DNA of 64,000 nt from a virus, in IMG/VR virus record IMGVR_UViG_3300036826_000588, positions 25,828 through 89,827 of that record. One strand, written 5' to 3'. This document shows positions 11,883 through 22,056 of the stretch, one piece after another. The stretch's first letter is position 1, and every line of letters starts with the position of its first letter. The notes below the pieces were generated by a model. It saw nothing but the letters and a program-made list of their open reading frames with translations, was not told the DNA's origin and ran no database searches. The position numbers were made by a program, and so were the translations under genes.

Positions 11883-12047
11883 ATGCTGACCTATCCCGAG
11901 CTGCTCCAGACCTTGAGCACGGTCTCTGGCTTCCTCGGGGCGGGCTGCGCCGTGTATGCGACCTTCCTGGCCCATCGCGTCCACGGGACCGTGCAAGAGC
12001 TGCACGAGACGATCAAGGACCAGCGCCCCTCGGAGGGAACCGCCTGA
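11883..12047 (+). CDS. small single-TM membrane protein
   Basis: 54-aa ORF with a hydrophobic segment; TGATG-coupled to the portal gene. Confidence 0.45.
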   Translation: MLTYPELLQTLSTVSGFLGAGCAVYATFLAHRVHGTVQELHETIKDQRPSEGTA

Positions 12048-13870
12048 TGGCGCCCAAGAAGAAGTCTCTCGACGCAACGATGGCTGCGAAGCCGAACTTC
12101 CAGGAACTGGGCGTCTCGGGCACCAAGCTGTTCGCTGGCCTCATCAGCGAAGAGACGGTGCCCCAGCTTCAGGGGTTCCAGGCATACAAGAGCTACCAGG
12201 GCATGAGGCTCGATGCCACCGGTAGCGCGCTCCTCAAGGCGATCGAGCTTCCCATCCGTGCTTCGCGCTGGTTCGTGAACCCTGCGAGCGACGACCCGAA
12301 CGACATCAACATCGCCGACTTCGTGCACGACGTTTGCTGGACCTTTGGCTCCCAGTCGATGGACGACATCATGCGACTCGCCTTTGGGTGTCTCGCGTTC
12401 GGCTTCTCGACTCTGGAGATCATCTGGTCGGTCATTGACGAAGGGCCTTGGAAGGGCAAGGTCGGCTGGGATCGTTTGGCCTGGAGAAGTCAGGCCACCA
12501 AGTGGCGCTGGGAGATGGACTACGTCAACGGCAAGCGCCAGCTCGTCGGACTGGTGCAGTTGGCTCCGCCGTACTACCAGCAAGTACAGATTCCTCGCAA
12601 CAAGCTGATGCTTTGGGTGAACGATCTGGAAGGCGACAACTACGACGGTATCTCGTGCCTTCGCAGCGCCTGGAAGGATTACTACATCCGAGATCAGCTC
12701 TACCGAATCAGAGCGATCGGTCTGGAGCGCGGGTACATGGGTATTCCGGTCGCCACTGTGCCCGACGAGTTCAGTGACGAGTACGCCGGCATCGCGCGCC
12801 AGATCGTGGAGACGGTCCGGGCGGACGAGCAGGTGGGAGTGGTTCACCCGGCCAGCATGGACTTCCGTATCGAACGCTGGGAGCTGAACGGCCCGGCGAT
12901 GAACGAGGCCATTCACTACCACAACCGCCAGATGCTGGTCTGCCAGCTCGCGCAGTTCCTGGAACTGGGGTCCAAGAACGTCGGTTCGTTTGCGCTGTCA
13001 AGCGATCAGTCAGACCTCTTTCAGATGGCGATCAATGCCAAGGCGAACTACTTCGCCGAAGTGATGAACCTCCACCCTGGCATCCCGCAGTTGATCGGCT
13101 TCAACTTCCCCAACGTCACAGCGCAGAACCTGCCGCGCTTGCAGCATGGCGACATTGGGCAGCGGTCGCTGGACCGGCTGGGTCGCACGCTCATGGCTCT
13201 CGGCCAGTGGGGATTCCTGACGCCTGACAATGCGACGGAGGACCGGCTGCGCCAGATGCTGGACCTTCCCGAGCGCGAAGAGGCAATCACGAACCGCGCG
13301 CTGTACGACCTGATGCAGGAGATCGCACCCTCGGACGTTCAGCACGGACGCCTGCACACCATCGATCGGGTCGAGAGTCCGCTGGAGGTGGCCGCCGACA
13401 CCGCGAAGACGAAGCGTATGCAGGCGCTGAAGGCGCCAGCGCCCTCAGCCGCCAGCGCGCCGAAGGGAAGCGGCTCGCCGGAACAGCGCAACGCCAGCAC
13501 CCAGGACATGTCGGAGTACCACGCGAAGTTCGCCGAGAACCGAGCCCGGCTTGCCGAGCTCGTCGTACGCCGGCCGTGGACACGGCCGCAGGGTCGCCCG
13601 ACGGAGAACCAGCGGATGGCGATGCGCGCGACGGAGGCGATGGTCGAAGCACTCGACGAGTTCAAGAGCGCCGGTCAGCAACGCCCGGTACGGCCGAGCG
13701 TGTGGCACGCGATGCACCGGCGGCCGTACGAGGTCCGCTCGCACGGCGACGCGGTCCGCCTGGAGCCCGGGCGGCCGCGCACCGTGTTCACGCGGCAGAT
13801 GGGCCTGGCGCGCAACCACCGCGAGCCGCTTCGAGCGATCCTGCGGCCGCGCGCGACGGCGCCGGCATGA
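12047..13870 (+). CDS. portal protein (DUF935/Mu gp29-like)
   Basis: Follows TerL; FGFSTLEIIW, GISCLRSAWKDY, ERGYMGIPV, GSFALS motifs. Confidence 0.88.
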   Translation: MAPKKKSLDATMAAKPNFQELGVSGTKLFAGLISEETVPQLQGFQAYKSYQGMRLDATGSALLKAIELPIRASRWFVNPASDDPNDINIADFVHDVCWTFGSQSMDDIMRLAFGCLAFGFSTLEIIWSVIDEGPWKGKVGWDRLAWRSQATKWRWEMDYVNGKRQLVGLVQLAPPYYQQVQIPRNKLMLWVNDLEGDNYDGISCLRSAWKDYYIRDQLYRIRAIGLERGYMGIPVATVPDEFSDEYAGIARQIVETVRADEQVGVVHPASMDFRIERWELNGPAMNEAIHYHNRQMLVCQLAQFLELGSKNVGSFALSSDQSDLFQMAINAKANYFAEVMNLHPGIPQLIGFNFPNVTAQNLPRLQHGDIGQRSLDRLGRTLMALGQWGFLTPDNATEDRLRQMLDLPEREEAITNRALYDLMQEIAPSDVQHGRLHTIDRVESPLEVAADTAKTKRMQALKAPAPSAASAPKGSGSPEQRNASTQDMSEYHAKFAENRARLAELVVRRPWTRPQGRPTENQRMAMRATEAMVEALDEFKSAGQQRPVRPSVWHAMHRRPYEVRSHGDAVRLEPGRPRTVFTRQMGLARNHREPLRAILRPRATAPA

Positions 13871-14066
13871 CGAGGGAGTTCCAGCACGTGGCGCCTGCGG
13901 AGCCGGCGCCGGAGCGCGAGGTGCTCTACACGTGGGATGCGCTGATCGAGCACTCCGTGCTGGAGGCCGAGGTCATCGGATGAGGGACGGTCGCTACCCC
14001 CCTACGACTGTGTTCGGCTGCCATCCCTCACGGCGAGGAACCGCCCCTCGTGAGGCAGAGTAGCCG

Positions 14067-16052
14067 ATGGACGCCGCCGTCATCAACCCGGCAGCGCGAG
14101 CGATCTGGCGTCGCGAGGACTGGCAGCGCATGGCCGCACTCCACCTTGTGCACCATGGCGGCCACGCAGTACGCGCCGCGGCGCGCATCCTGCGCCTGCC
14201 CAAGAGCACCATCCACGACTGGGTCCGCCAGGGACCGGCCAGCATCCGGGACGAGCGGCTGAGGGCCATCGCCCAGCGGATCATCGATCGCAATCCCCTG
14301 ACCGCCTCCGAGGAGAGCTTCGTCGCCGAGGTGCTCGCACGCGCCGAGCATGGGGAGCAGCAGCCCAACCTCCTCAGCGAGGCCGAGAGCGCCGGCTGCG
14401 GCTGCTGCGACGGCTGCCACGACGCCTGCTCGGGTGAGTGCTGCGACGGCTGCCAGCAGGCGCAACCCACCGGCGTCATGGTGGCGTTCTTCCTGCCGGC
14501 GGATGTCGCCCAGCAACTCGCCATGGACCGCGAGGCCGACCCCACCGCCATGCCGCCGGAGGAGCTGCACGTCACGCTCGCGTTCCTCGGCCAGGCGGCC
14601 GAGCTGGCCGACCCGGGCCGGCTGTGCCGGGTGGTGGCGGGCTTCGCCGCTGTCGCGCCGCCGGTGATGTGCGCGATCTCCGGCGCCGGCCGCTTCGCGG
14701 TGGGGGACCGGGTCGTCTACGCGTCGGTAGACGCGCCCCAGTTGCCGGCGTGGCGCCAGCGCCTGGTCGAGCACCTGGCCCTGGGCGGCTACCCACCATC
14801 GACGCGGCATGGCTTCACGCCGCACGTGACGTTGTGCAATCCGGACGGGCCCGTGACGCTCGACGTCCGGCCGATCGAGTTCGCCGCGACCACACTGACG
14901 GTCGCCATCGCGGGCGCGCGGTACGACTTCCCGCTGGAGGGCGAGAGCGCAACGTTCGCTGAACCGAAGCCTGACACGCCGCCGGCCCGTCCGGATCCGG
15001 ACTCCGCGGCGGCCGGGCAGGATCTCCTCGATGGCCTGGAGCAGGCGCTGAAGGCAGCGAAGCGCGTTGCGCAGAACCACAAGCCGGTGGAGGGGCCAGG
15101 CGAGCCAGGCGACGCCGAGGAGCACACGCGCGCAGAGACCGCAGACGACGAGCTGGACGAGATCCAGGAGCATCCGCCGACGCAGATCATGGACCGCCTC
15201 GCGCTGGAGGCGTGGCACCGCTACATCACCGCGCTGGCGAACGACTCCCCCCACAGCCGTGCCATCTACGTCGCGCGGAAGATCGACCCGGACTTCTTCG
15301 TGACGGACGAGCAGGGCCGGAAGCTCATCCACGCGTTGGGGAAGGGCGACGAACCGGTGATCTTCGGCTGGGCGCCAGGGAACGTGAAGCCGCCGCCGCA
15401 CGTCACTTCGGTCTTCGACCAGTTCGAGGGATCCGCGCAGCAGGAGCGCGAGCTGGCCAGCTACCTCTTCGACCTGGCCAAGGAGTCCTACCTGGAGGGC
15501 GTGAACGCCCAGCTCCTCGTGCTGGGGTTGTCGCTGGAGGCGGCCGTCACGGACCCGACCGTGCTGAGCGAGCTGGGCCAGGCGACGGCCTCGATCGCCC
15601 AGGGGATCATCAACAGCTACAACCGCGCGTTGGCGGCCGAGGTCTACTCCGCCTGGATCGAGCAGCGCAGCACGCTGGGCCGCCAGTCATCGCTCCGAAC
15701 GCTCTGGGAAGACGTCAATCGCTGGGCCGAGGCGCGCGCGCACGAGCGGGCGGGGATGATCTCCGCCACCGAGTACGGCCGCTGGTTCAACCGCGGCGTC
15801 CTCGACTTCCTCTCGCACAACGAGGAGCTGCTGGGCAGCGATGCGACCGTGTACGTCACGCCTGACGAGTGCCTGTGCTCGCTCTGCGCGACCGTCGTCG
15901 CCGGCAGCCCCTACACGCTGGCGGAAGCACAGCAGCTTGGCCTGCCGCTCCATCCGAACTGCGTGCACTTCGCCGAGCTCTCGATGTCACCGGTAGCCGA
16001 CCTCGCGGTGGACGTCCTCTGGACGGCTCAGCTCGCCGACGTCGCAGCGTGA
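14067..16052 (+). CDS. MuF-like head morphogenesis protein with N-terminal HTH, Cys-rich segment and internal 2H phosphoesterase
   Basis: Two HxT motifs (LHVTLAFLG, FTPHVTL); C-terminal ISATE...CSLC...PLHPNCVH; follows the portal. Confidence 0.8.
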   Translation: MDAAVINPAARAIWRREDWQRMAALHLVHHGGHAVRAAARILRLPKSTIHDWVRQGPASIRDERLRAIAQRIIDRNPLTASEESFVAEVLARAEHGEQQPNLLSEAESAGCGCCDGCHDACSGECCDGCQQAQPTGVMVAFFLPADVAQQLAMDREADPTAMPPEELHVTLAFLGQAAELADPGRLCRVVAGFAAVAPPVMCAISGAGRFAVGDRVVYASVDAPQLPAWRQRLVEHLALGGYPPSTRHGFTPHVTLCNPDGPVTLDVRPIEFAATTLTVAIAGARYDFPLEGESATFAEPKPDTPPARPDPDSAAAGQDLLDGLEQALKAAKRVAQNHKPVEGPGEPGDAEEHTRAETADDELDEIQEHPPTQIMDRLALEAWHRYITALANDSPHSRAIYVARKIDPDFFVTDEQGRKLIHALGKGDEPVIFGWAPGNVKPPPHVTSVFDQFEGSAQQERELASYLFDLAKESYLEGVNAQLLVLGLSLEAAVTDPTVLSELGQATASIAQGIINSYNRALAAEVYSAWIEQRSTLGRQSSLRTLWEDVNRWAEARAHERAGMISATEYGRWFNRGVLDFLSHNEELLGSDATVYVTPDECLCSLCATVVAGSPYTLAEAQQLGLPLHPNCVHFAELSMSPVADLAVDVLWTAQLADVAA

Positions 16053-16220
16053 CTTGACCGAACCCCTGGTAGTTCGTTACGGTGGTCTCGCGGGGTTCGA
16101 GGCTCCGGGGGGGCTCGGGCAAAACCGGAGGGGACACCCTGGCTGATGAGCGGCTCAGCTTTGGAGTACCCAGGCCGTGACGCTGAGGGGTTAGCCGCGC
16201 CACAACCCCCAGCCCCGCTT

Positions 16221-16868
16221 TTACAAACCCCACCAGCGCACGTGGTCGCGGATCCAGAGGTAGGCGTGGCGCTTGCTTTCCCAGGCGCCGCGGATGTACT
16301 CCCACCCCACCACGCCAAGCACGGCGAAGACCAGGAAGGCGACGATCGTGCCGGCCAAGCTGGCTTCCTGCCGAGGGAAGAGATGGATGAGCTGGGGCCC
16401 CTCGGAGGCTGGAGTCGACCCCGAAGCAGCCGGCCCCTCGTTCGCGGCGCCCGAGCCCATCGTGGAGACGTTCTGCATCGTCAGCGATGGCGTCGAAGAT
16501 GGTGACGGAGAAGGCGAGGGCGCGGCGACGGCCGCCGCAGATGGAGGCGTCGGGAGCGCCAAGGGAGACGGAGTCGACTTGTGGCCAGACCCCGGCGTCG
16601 CCACCCCCAGGAGTTGAGTGCAATAGGCGAGCAGGGCTCTCTTGCGCTGCCCCTTCTCCGTGTTGGGGTCGCCAAGGAGTGCAGGATTGGCGGCGATCTC
16701 GGCGAGGAAGATCCGACACCACGCCCTTCCTGGCAGCGGCTGTGGCGTGGGGCTGGCCGACGGAGCGGCGGCGGAGGCCGGCGATGGCGTTGGAGTAGGA
16801 CCAGGAGTAGCGGCGATGAGCAACGGGGCCGCCACGAACAGCACGAGAACCATGAACGCGTGCACCAT
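16221..16868 (-). CDS. Pro/Ser-rich membrane or secreted protein
   Basis: Signal-like N-terminus, PTPS linkers, C-terminal TM segment. Confidence 0.6.
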   Translation of the reverse strand: MVHAFMVLVLFVAAPLLIAATPGPTPTPSPASAAAPSASPTPQPLPGRAWCRIFLAEIAANPALLGDPNTEKGQRKRALLAYCTQLLGVATPGSGHKSTPSPLALPTPPSAAAVAAPSPSPSPSSTPSLTMQNVSTMGSGAANEGPAASGSTPASEGPQLIHLFPRQEASLAGTIVAFLVFAVLGVVGWEYIRGAWESKRHAYLWIRDHVRWWGL

Positions 16869-17084
16869 TTTGGGGGGATCCTTCGGGATGGCAGGGTTGG
16901 CGCCGGCACGGGGGGTGCCGGGGTGGCCGGAGGGTACCGGCGTACTTCCAACGAGTGGAAGGGGGAAAGTACCTGCCTTTGTACCTGAATCGGGTCAGAC
17001 GAAGGAGGGGTTGGCCAGGAGCCCGAGAGAGGGGAAGGTCGGGGTAGACCGGGGGTTGGGCTCCTGGCCCAGGAGGAAGGACTG

Positions 17085-17699
17085 TCAGTTGGGGACCGGG
17101 TCTGCCTTGACCACCTGCCGGTGCGTGTACTGCGTCCCGTCCCACTTGCCGGTGCAGGTGATCAGGTACAGCTCCGCGGGCCCGCTCGTGCTGAACAGCT
17201 CGGGCAGGTTGGTGCCGGCCACGACGGACTTCGAGCTTGCAACCCGGTAGGAGAAGGTCAGGCCGTCCACGGTCATGACCTTGACGGTGGCGCCCACGAC
17301 GAGGCTGGAGAGCTTCCAGAAGACCGCCGGAGCGTCCTTGCCGTTCACCGGCCAGTCGAGGTGGCCGTCGAACGTGACGGCGCCGCTCGGATTACCCGGG
17401 GAGGCCCCGAGTGCGTACCAGCCTACGTTGACTGGTTTGGACGGCACGGCCATTTCGAGCGCCGCGGCGGCGCCCTTCGGGCGTGGGGACGCGAGCACTA
17501 CACCGAGCGCCTCCACGTCTGCGTTGACCCCGATTGAGTCGATCACCAGCCGCTGTGGCTGATGATCGACCGCGGGGGTGAGAGTTGCAGTTGGAGCGGC
17601 AGTCGGCGCGATCGGAGCGACCTTGGGCGTCCCAGCGGCCGCTTGTCCGCCACAGGCACCCAGGGCCAGGGCGGTCAGCAGCGCGACGACTCGCTTCAC
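17085..17699 (-). CDS. class F sortase (lipoprotein)
   Basis: Lipobox LGAC; VGWY, FDGHLD (His), LYLITCTG (Cys), THRQVV (Arg). Confidence 0.9.
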   Translation of the reverse strand: MKRVVALLTALALGACGGQAAAGTPKVAPIAPTAAPTATLTPAVDHQPQRLVIDSIGVNADVEALGVVLASPRPKGAAAALEMAVPSKPVNVGWYALGASPGNPSGAVTFDGHLDWPVNGKDAPAVFWKLSSLVVGATVKVMTVDGLTFSYRVASSKSVVAGTNLPELFSTSGPAELYLITCTGKWDGTQYTHRQVVKADPVPN

Positions 17700-17703
17700 G
17701 GCT

Positions 17704-18516
17704 CTACGCCTGGCGGCCCGTGTCGGGCAGCCCGACCGAGGTGCTGGTCAGGACTGGGGTCGGAGTGGGCTCCGGAGTAGGCGTGCCGCTCGGCGTGGCC
17801 GTCGGCGTCGGGGTAGCCGCCACCTTGGGGGTCTCGGTCGCGCAGGCGTGCGCGAGCTTGATGGGCTTGCTGAGGTACTCGGTGAGCTTCAGGTGGGCCG
17901 GCACCGCAGGGACCCCAGGAATGGCAGGATGGCCCTGCGGGCCAGGGACCGCCGGCACGGCGGGGACCGCCGGCACTTCCGGCACGAAGTCCAGCCTGGG
18001 CAGTACGACCGTGGCGTCGGCGCAGTTCTCGTGCGCCGTGGTGCCGTTCACGATCTCGTTGACGAGCAGCTTCTCGCTCTCCCCGGCCTTCAGTGTTCCG
18101 ACGCTCCAGGCGCCGGTGCCGAGGCTGAAGGTGCCCTTCGTGGGGAAGGCGCCGCTGAAGAGGAGGTCCGCACCCAGGGAGGGCAGGACGTCGGCGACGG
18201 TGACGTTGGGCACGTCAAGCACCTTGCTCGGGTTGGAGACGGTGACCGTCCACTGGATCGTGTCCCCCACGGCGGGAGTGGCGTTGGAGACGGTCTTCTT
18301 GAGGTCGAGCACCTTGCACGCCGCCAACTGGTCTCCCAGCTTGGCGAGCTGCGCGGCCTCCAGGTCCGCGGGCGAGATGGCCGCTACGGTCTGGGCGTCG
18401 ACGACCCGACACAGCGTCGGGAGATCGTTCGTCGCCGTTGCGGCTGCCGGCGTGGCCCCCATGGCGAGGACCAGCGAAGCAGCGGCCGCGGAGGCGCTGA
18501 GAAGTCGTCGAATCAC
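17704..18516 (-). CDS. DUF11/Ig-like surface protein with C-terminal LPDTG
   Basis: Signal peptide; KTVSNATPAVGDTIQWTVTVSN...VADVLP; PT linker; LPDTGRQA then stop. Confidence 0.8.
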   Translation of the reverse strand: MIRRLLSASAAAASLVLAMGATPAAATATNDLPTLCRVVDAQTVAAISPADLEAAQLAKLGDQLAACKVLDLKKTVSNATPAVGDTIQWTVTVSNPSKVLDVPNVTVADVLPSLGADLLFSGAFPTKGTFSLGTGAWSVGTLKAGESEKLLVNEIVNGTTAHENCADATVVLPRLDFVPEVPAVPAVPAVPGPQGHPAIPGVPAVPAHLKLTEYLSKPIKLAHACATETPKVAATPTPTATPSGTPTPEPTPTPVLTSTSVGLPDTGRQA

Positions 18517-19289
18517 GGAGATGGGAACCTCCTGACGTAGTGCCGCAGCTCGGCGGCCGCCGGCCGAGCGAACGACGTTGGCGAGAGGGTGGCGGCACAT
18601 GGTCTACCCCACAGGAAAGCCCTGCTGTCGTCACAACGCGGCCGAAGCCGAAAGGGGTACGTCCTGGACGACAAATCTTCACTCCGGCTTCGCAGGGAAG
18701 GCTTGGAAGGAAGGCGGCCGGCCGGCTCGGCTGGGAGAGACCGACCACCTTCCGGAGGGAGGGAGGGCATGTGTATACGGCCAGGTACCGGAAGGCACCT
18801 GACGATTGTCAGTTTCCCAACTCCCGGGAGACTGCGGATGCCTCCCGGGAACCGGGCAACCATGTTCAGGCGGAAGGTGCTGTTGAGCTTCCAAACCTTC
18901 CAGACGCTCCTTCTCGGGGATCTGGTCGGTGTTCCGAGAGAAAGATTTGCCCGACCAGGGTCCCATCTGGTATGGTCGCCGCCGCCTGGCCTGTTTGGGA
19001 GTGGGAGCGGACGAGCGAAAGGATGGAGAAGCAACGACTGGCGCCGCGGGGGAAACGCCGCAGGAGGTTGCACCACTGGCGGACCGGGGCGGACCGGAGG
19101 GGGACTCCTCTCGGGCCCGCTGATGTATGGCTACTGACTGTCACGCGCGCGCGAAACGTGTGTGCGATAGCACATCACCTTTGGAAAAGCAGCCCTCGAC
19201 ATTCCTTGACTCGTTCAGTTAATCTCCCGTTTGCAACTTTTACGCAACAGAGCAAGGGGCCCTCGGGAGGGCTGACGGGAGGTGGCCGT

Positions 19290-19838
19290 GTGGTGAACGG
19301 CGAGGATTCGGCGTACGTTCAACGAACTCAGTTTGATGCCCTCTACACGTCCAACAGGACGCGGGTTTACCGGACGGTCCGCGGCATCGTGCTGGATCCG
19401 ACGGCCGCAGAGGATCTGACTCAGGAGACCTTCGAGCGGACGTTCCGCTGGATGCTGTCTCACGAGTCGACCGATGTCAACGCCCTCCTTCATCGGGTCG
19501 CGGTCAACACCTCGATCTCCCACCTTCGTCGCCAGCGCCTCACCCGCCTGCTACCCTTCAAGCTGGGCCCGATCGGCAATGCTTCTTCTGGACTTGAGCA
19601 GGTTGAAGCGCGTGACTTGGCAACGCAGGCGCTGGCAGCTCTCACGCCCAAGCTGAGGGTTGTCGTGATCCTTCACTTCTATAGCGACATGACTCGGGAT
19701 GAGATCGCCGCCACCCTGGGCATTCCGCCGAACACCGTGGCGTCGCGGATGGCCGCAGCGGTCAAGACGATGCGCCGGGTGATGGGTGGTGGCGCGGGCC
19801 CTACATGCCAGAAGGGGGCGGAAGGCAATGCGGGTTAG
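19290..19838 (+). CDS. ECF-family RNA polymerase sigma factor
   Basis: AEDLTQETF, LHRVAVN (region 2); MTRDEIAATLGIPPNTVASR (region 4). Confidence 0.9.
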   Translation: MVNGEDSAYVQRTQFDALYTSNRTRVYRTVRGIVLDPTAAEDLTQETFERTFRWMLSHESTDVNALLHRVAVNTSISHLRRQRLTRLLPFKLGPIGNASSGLEQVEARDLATQALAALTPKLRVVVILHFYSDMTRDEIAATLGIPPNTVASRMAAAVKTMRRVMGGGAGPTCQKGAEGNAG

Positions 19839-20583
19839 TAGTCGTGCCGATACGGAGCTCGGTCAAGAGTTCCCCGAAGCGGAGATCCTCCGGCGGCGGA
19901 TTGCGAGCTGGCAGCCGACAGAGCGGCTGCCGCTCTACTGGTTGCGTGTACTACCGGATCCTCCATCGCGGAGAAGCCGGAGGCTGCGTACGGTGCTGGT
20001 CGTCGCGGTTGTGGCTGGCGCGCTCGTGCTGACCCTCTCGACCGTCGGCAGCTCCAACAGGATGAACCTGTGGAGTTCGATGCAAAACGCCGCCAACGAG
20101 GCGATGAAGCAGCTCGTACCGCCGAGCCCGGTCTCCTCGCCGCTGCCGTCCGACCGGCCGGTCGGGAGCGTGCAGTCGCCGCCGAGCCAGGCCGCCGCTC
20201 CAGCTCCGACGGCGGAGGCGGTCGCGGCGAATCCGCCGGCCCCGGCGGCGAGCGCGAGTGCCCCGAGCAGCCACGGTGGCGGCGGCACGGCTGCGCCCGG
20301 CCCCGTCAACGTCACGGTCACCTCCGTCCCTGCTGGCACGAAGGACCAGGGCGTTTCGGTCGGCGCGCCGCCGCAGGGCGTCATGACCGGCTCGGTCAGC
20401 GAGGGGCCCATCTACGCGGGCGGAACGATCTACCAGAACGGTGTGACCGGCTGCCTGGGTGTGATCGACCAGACCACCGAGACGATCGTCTGCGGCACGG
20501 TGGCGCTGCCGGTCGACGTTCCGCTGCCCACCCTGCCGGCGCCGAAGGTGCCCGACGCAACGAAGGTGACGTCTGCTCCGTGA
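19828..20583 (+). CDS. putative membrane anti-sigma factor
   Basis: Overlaps the sigma gene; single TM followed by a Pro-rich extracytoplasmic part. Confidence 0.5.
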   Translation: MRVSSRADTELGQEFPEAEILRRRIASWQPTERLPLYWLRVLPDPPSRRSRRLRTVLVVAVVAGALVLTLSTVGSSNRMNLWSSMQNAANEAMKQLVPPSPVSSPLPSDRPVGSVQSPPSQAAAPAPTAEAVAANPPAPAASASAPSSHGGGGTAAPGPVNVTVTSVPAGTKDQGVSVGAPPQGVMTGSVSEGPIYAGGTIYQNGVTGCLGVIDQTTETIVCGTVALPVDVPLPTLPAPKVPDATKVTSAP

Positions 20584-20707
20584 AGCGGCTCCTGCGGATG
20601 GGGGGAGGCTTCGGCCTGGGATTCGTCATGGGGCTCCCGGCCGGCGCCATCATCGGCTTCGCCGTCTTCCTGGGCCTGATGTGCGCCCCCTACTCGGGCT
20701 GTCGCGC

Positions 20708-21247
20708 ATGGTGACGCGCGCGCCCGCGGGCCTGCGCTGGCTCGCCACCGCTCTCGCTCTGGCCGCCTGCGCGGCACTCGTCGGTTGCTCTGGCGTGGCT
20801 ACTACCGCGAAGCGCGGTAGCGAGGTCGCCACGGCCACGCCGACTCCGGCGCCCAAGCCGCCGACCACCGAACAGATTCAGGCGGCGTTCAAGACGGCTG
20901 GCCTGCCCATCGATGGCTACACCGTGTTCACGGTGGAGAACGACGACAACCACCTCCTCGGCCGTCCGAACCAGTACGTGGCCAAGATGTCCTGGCACGA
21001 CTCCCGTCTTCGGGCGCCGCTGCACCCGGGCGACCTCACGGTCGAGGACGGCGGTTCCATCGAAATCTTCGCGGCCGCCGCCGACCGAGCGCCGCGAGAG
21101 AAGTACGTCCATGCCACCACCAGCGCCGTAAGCGCCTTCGCCGAGTACGAATACGACGTCGGCGAGTTCGCGTTCCTGCGCTTGACCCACTTTCTGACCC
21201 CCGACCAGGCTGCGGCGTACAAGGCAGCTCTCGCCGGGACCGCATAG
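20708..21247 (+). CDS. putative lipoprotein
   Basis: Lipobox LVGC; DDNHLLGRPNQYVAK. Confidence 0.65.
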   Translation: MVTRAPAGLRWLATALALAACAALVGCSGVATTAKRGSEVATATPTPAPKPPTTEQIQAAFKTAGLPIDGYTVFTVENDDNHLLGRPNQYVAKMSWHDSRLRAPLHPGDLTVEDGGSIEIFAAAADRAPREKYVHATTSAVSAFAEYEYDVGEFAFLRLTHFLTPDQAAAYKAALAGTA

Positions 21248-21300
21248 GCACCTGCCCGGGTCGCTTCGCGCGCGCGAGGCGGTAGCGTTGAAATTGGGTG

Positions 21301-21329
21301 TTGACCTCCGCTCCACCGTGGTGTATGGT
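21301..21329 (+). promoter_or_regulatory. sigma70 promoter heading the tRNA array
   Basis: TTGACC-N17-TATGGT. Confidence 0.7.
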
Positions 21330-21605
21330 CAAAGCGTCGTGAGGACACAACCCTTCTTCGTCAACCAGCAGCCGTGCATCGCCCGTGTGGGCGATCCCAT
21401 GGCACCCTGGCATGCCGTCGAAGGCCAGGCCCTCGGGACGAAGGAGGTAGGAGCGGGTAGGTAGAGCTCCGAAGCTCCGGAACCCGCTCCCGAAGGGCCT
21501 GGCAGGACGCCAGGCCCTTCGTCGTTGTAGGGGCGCGGAGTCGCCCCGATCGTCCGGCTGAACTTTGTCATCCGAATAGAGCGAAGAACACCAACGGTGG
21601 CGGCT

Positions 21606-21678
21606 GCTCGTGGGGCCCGCTGGCGTGGGCGCCTGCCTGTCGAGCAGGAACAGGACGGTTCGATTCCGTTCACGAGCG
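21606..21678 (+). tRNA. tRNA-Asp(GTC), atypical, with extended acceptor stem
   Basis: GCTCGTG/CACGAGC; CCTGC-CTGTCGA-GCAGG; TTCGATT T-loop; G at position 8. Confidence 0.7.
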
Positions 21679-21965
21679 CCGCCACCTCTTTTCAGCCATG
21701 CCGCATCGGGCTGTACCGTTCTCGGCAATGGCTGACCAGAGTGAGCAGCAGACAGGAACGTTGGCCGCGCGCGTCGACGTGATGCTCGTGAGCACCGAGA
21801 AGGATGGGCCGCAAGGGTTGCGGACCTTCGTTTCGGTTCGGAGGACAGACTTCCTCCTGGAGATCGCGGAGGCGCTCCACACTGCGGCGGAGGCGATGGA
21901 AGACCACGCAACAGCGGGCTCTCCATCGCCTCCGCGACAGACGAACGACTGACGGACGGTTCGGT

Positions 21966-22039
21966 TGGGGGGTGGCCAAGTTGGTAAGGCGCCGGGCCCT
22001 GAACTCGGAGACGCGGAGGTTCAAGTCCTCCTCCCCCAG
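21966..22039 (+). tRNA. tRNA-Gln(CTG)
   Basis: Cloverleaf; anticodon loop CCCTGAA. Confidence 0.88.
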
Positions 22040-22056
22040 CCGAGCCGATCCGACAC

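Noticed and set aside
18820-18870. c-di-AMP (ydaO) riboswitch-like GGGAACCGGGCAACCA
   Set aside because: The remaining conserved blocks of the motif could not be found.
18540-19289. 250-aa N-terminal extension of the ECF sigma factor
   Set aside because: Low-complexity translation; GGAGG RBS and sigma homology begin at about 19290.
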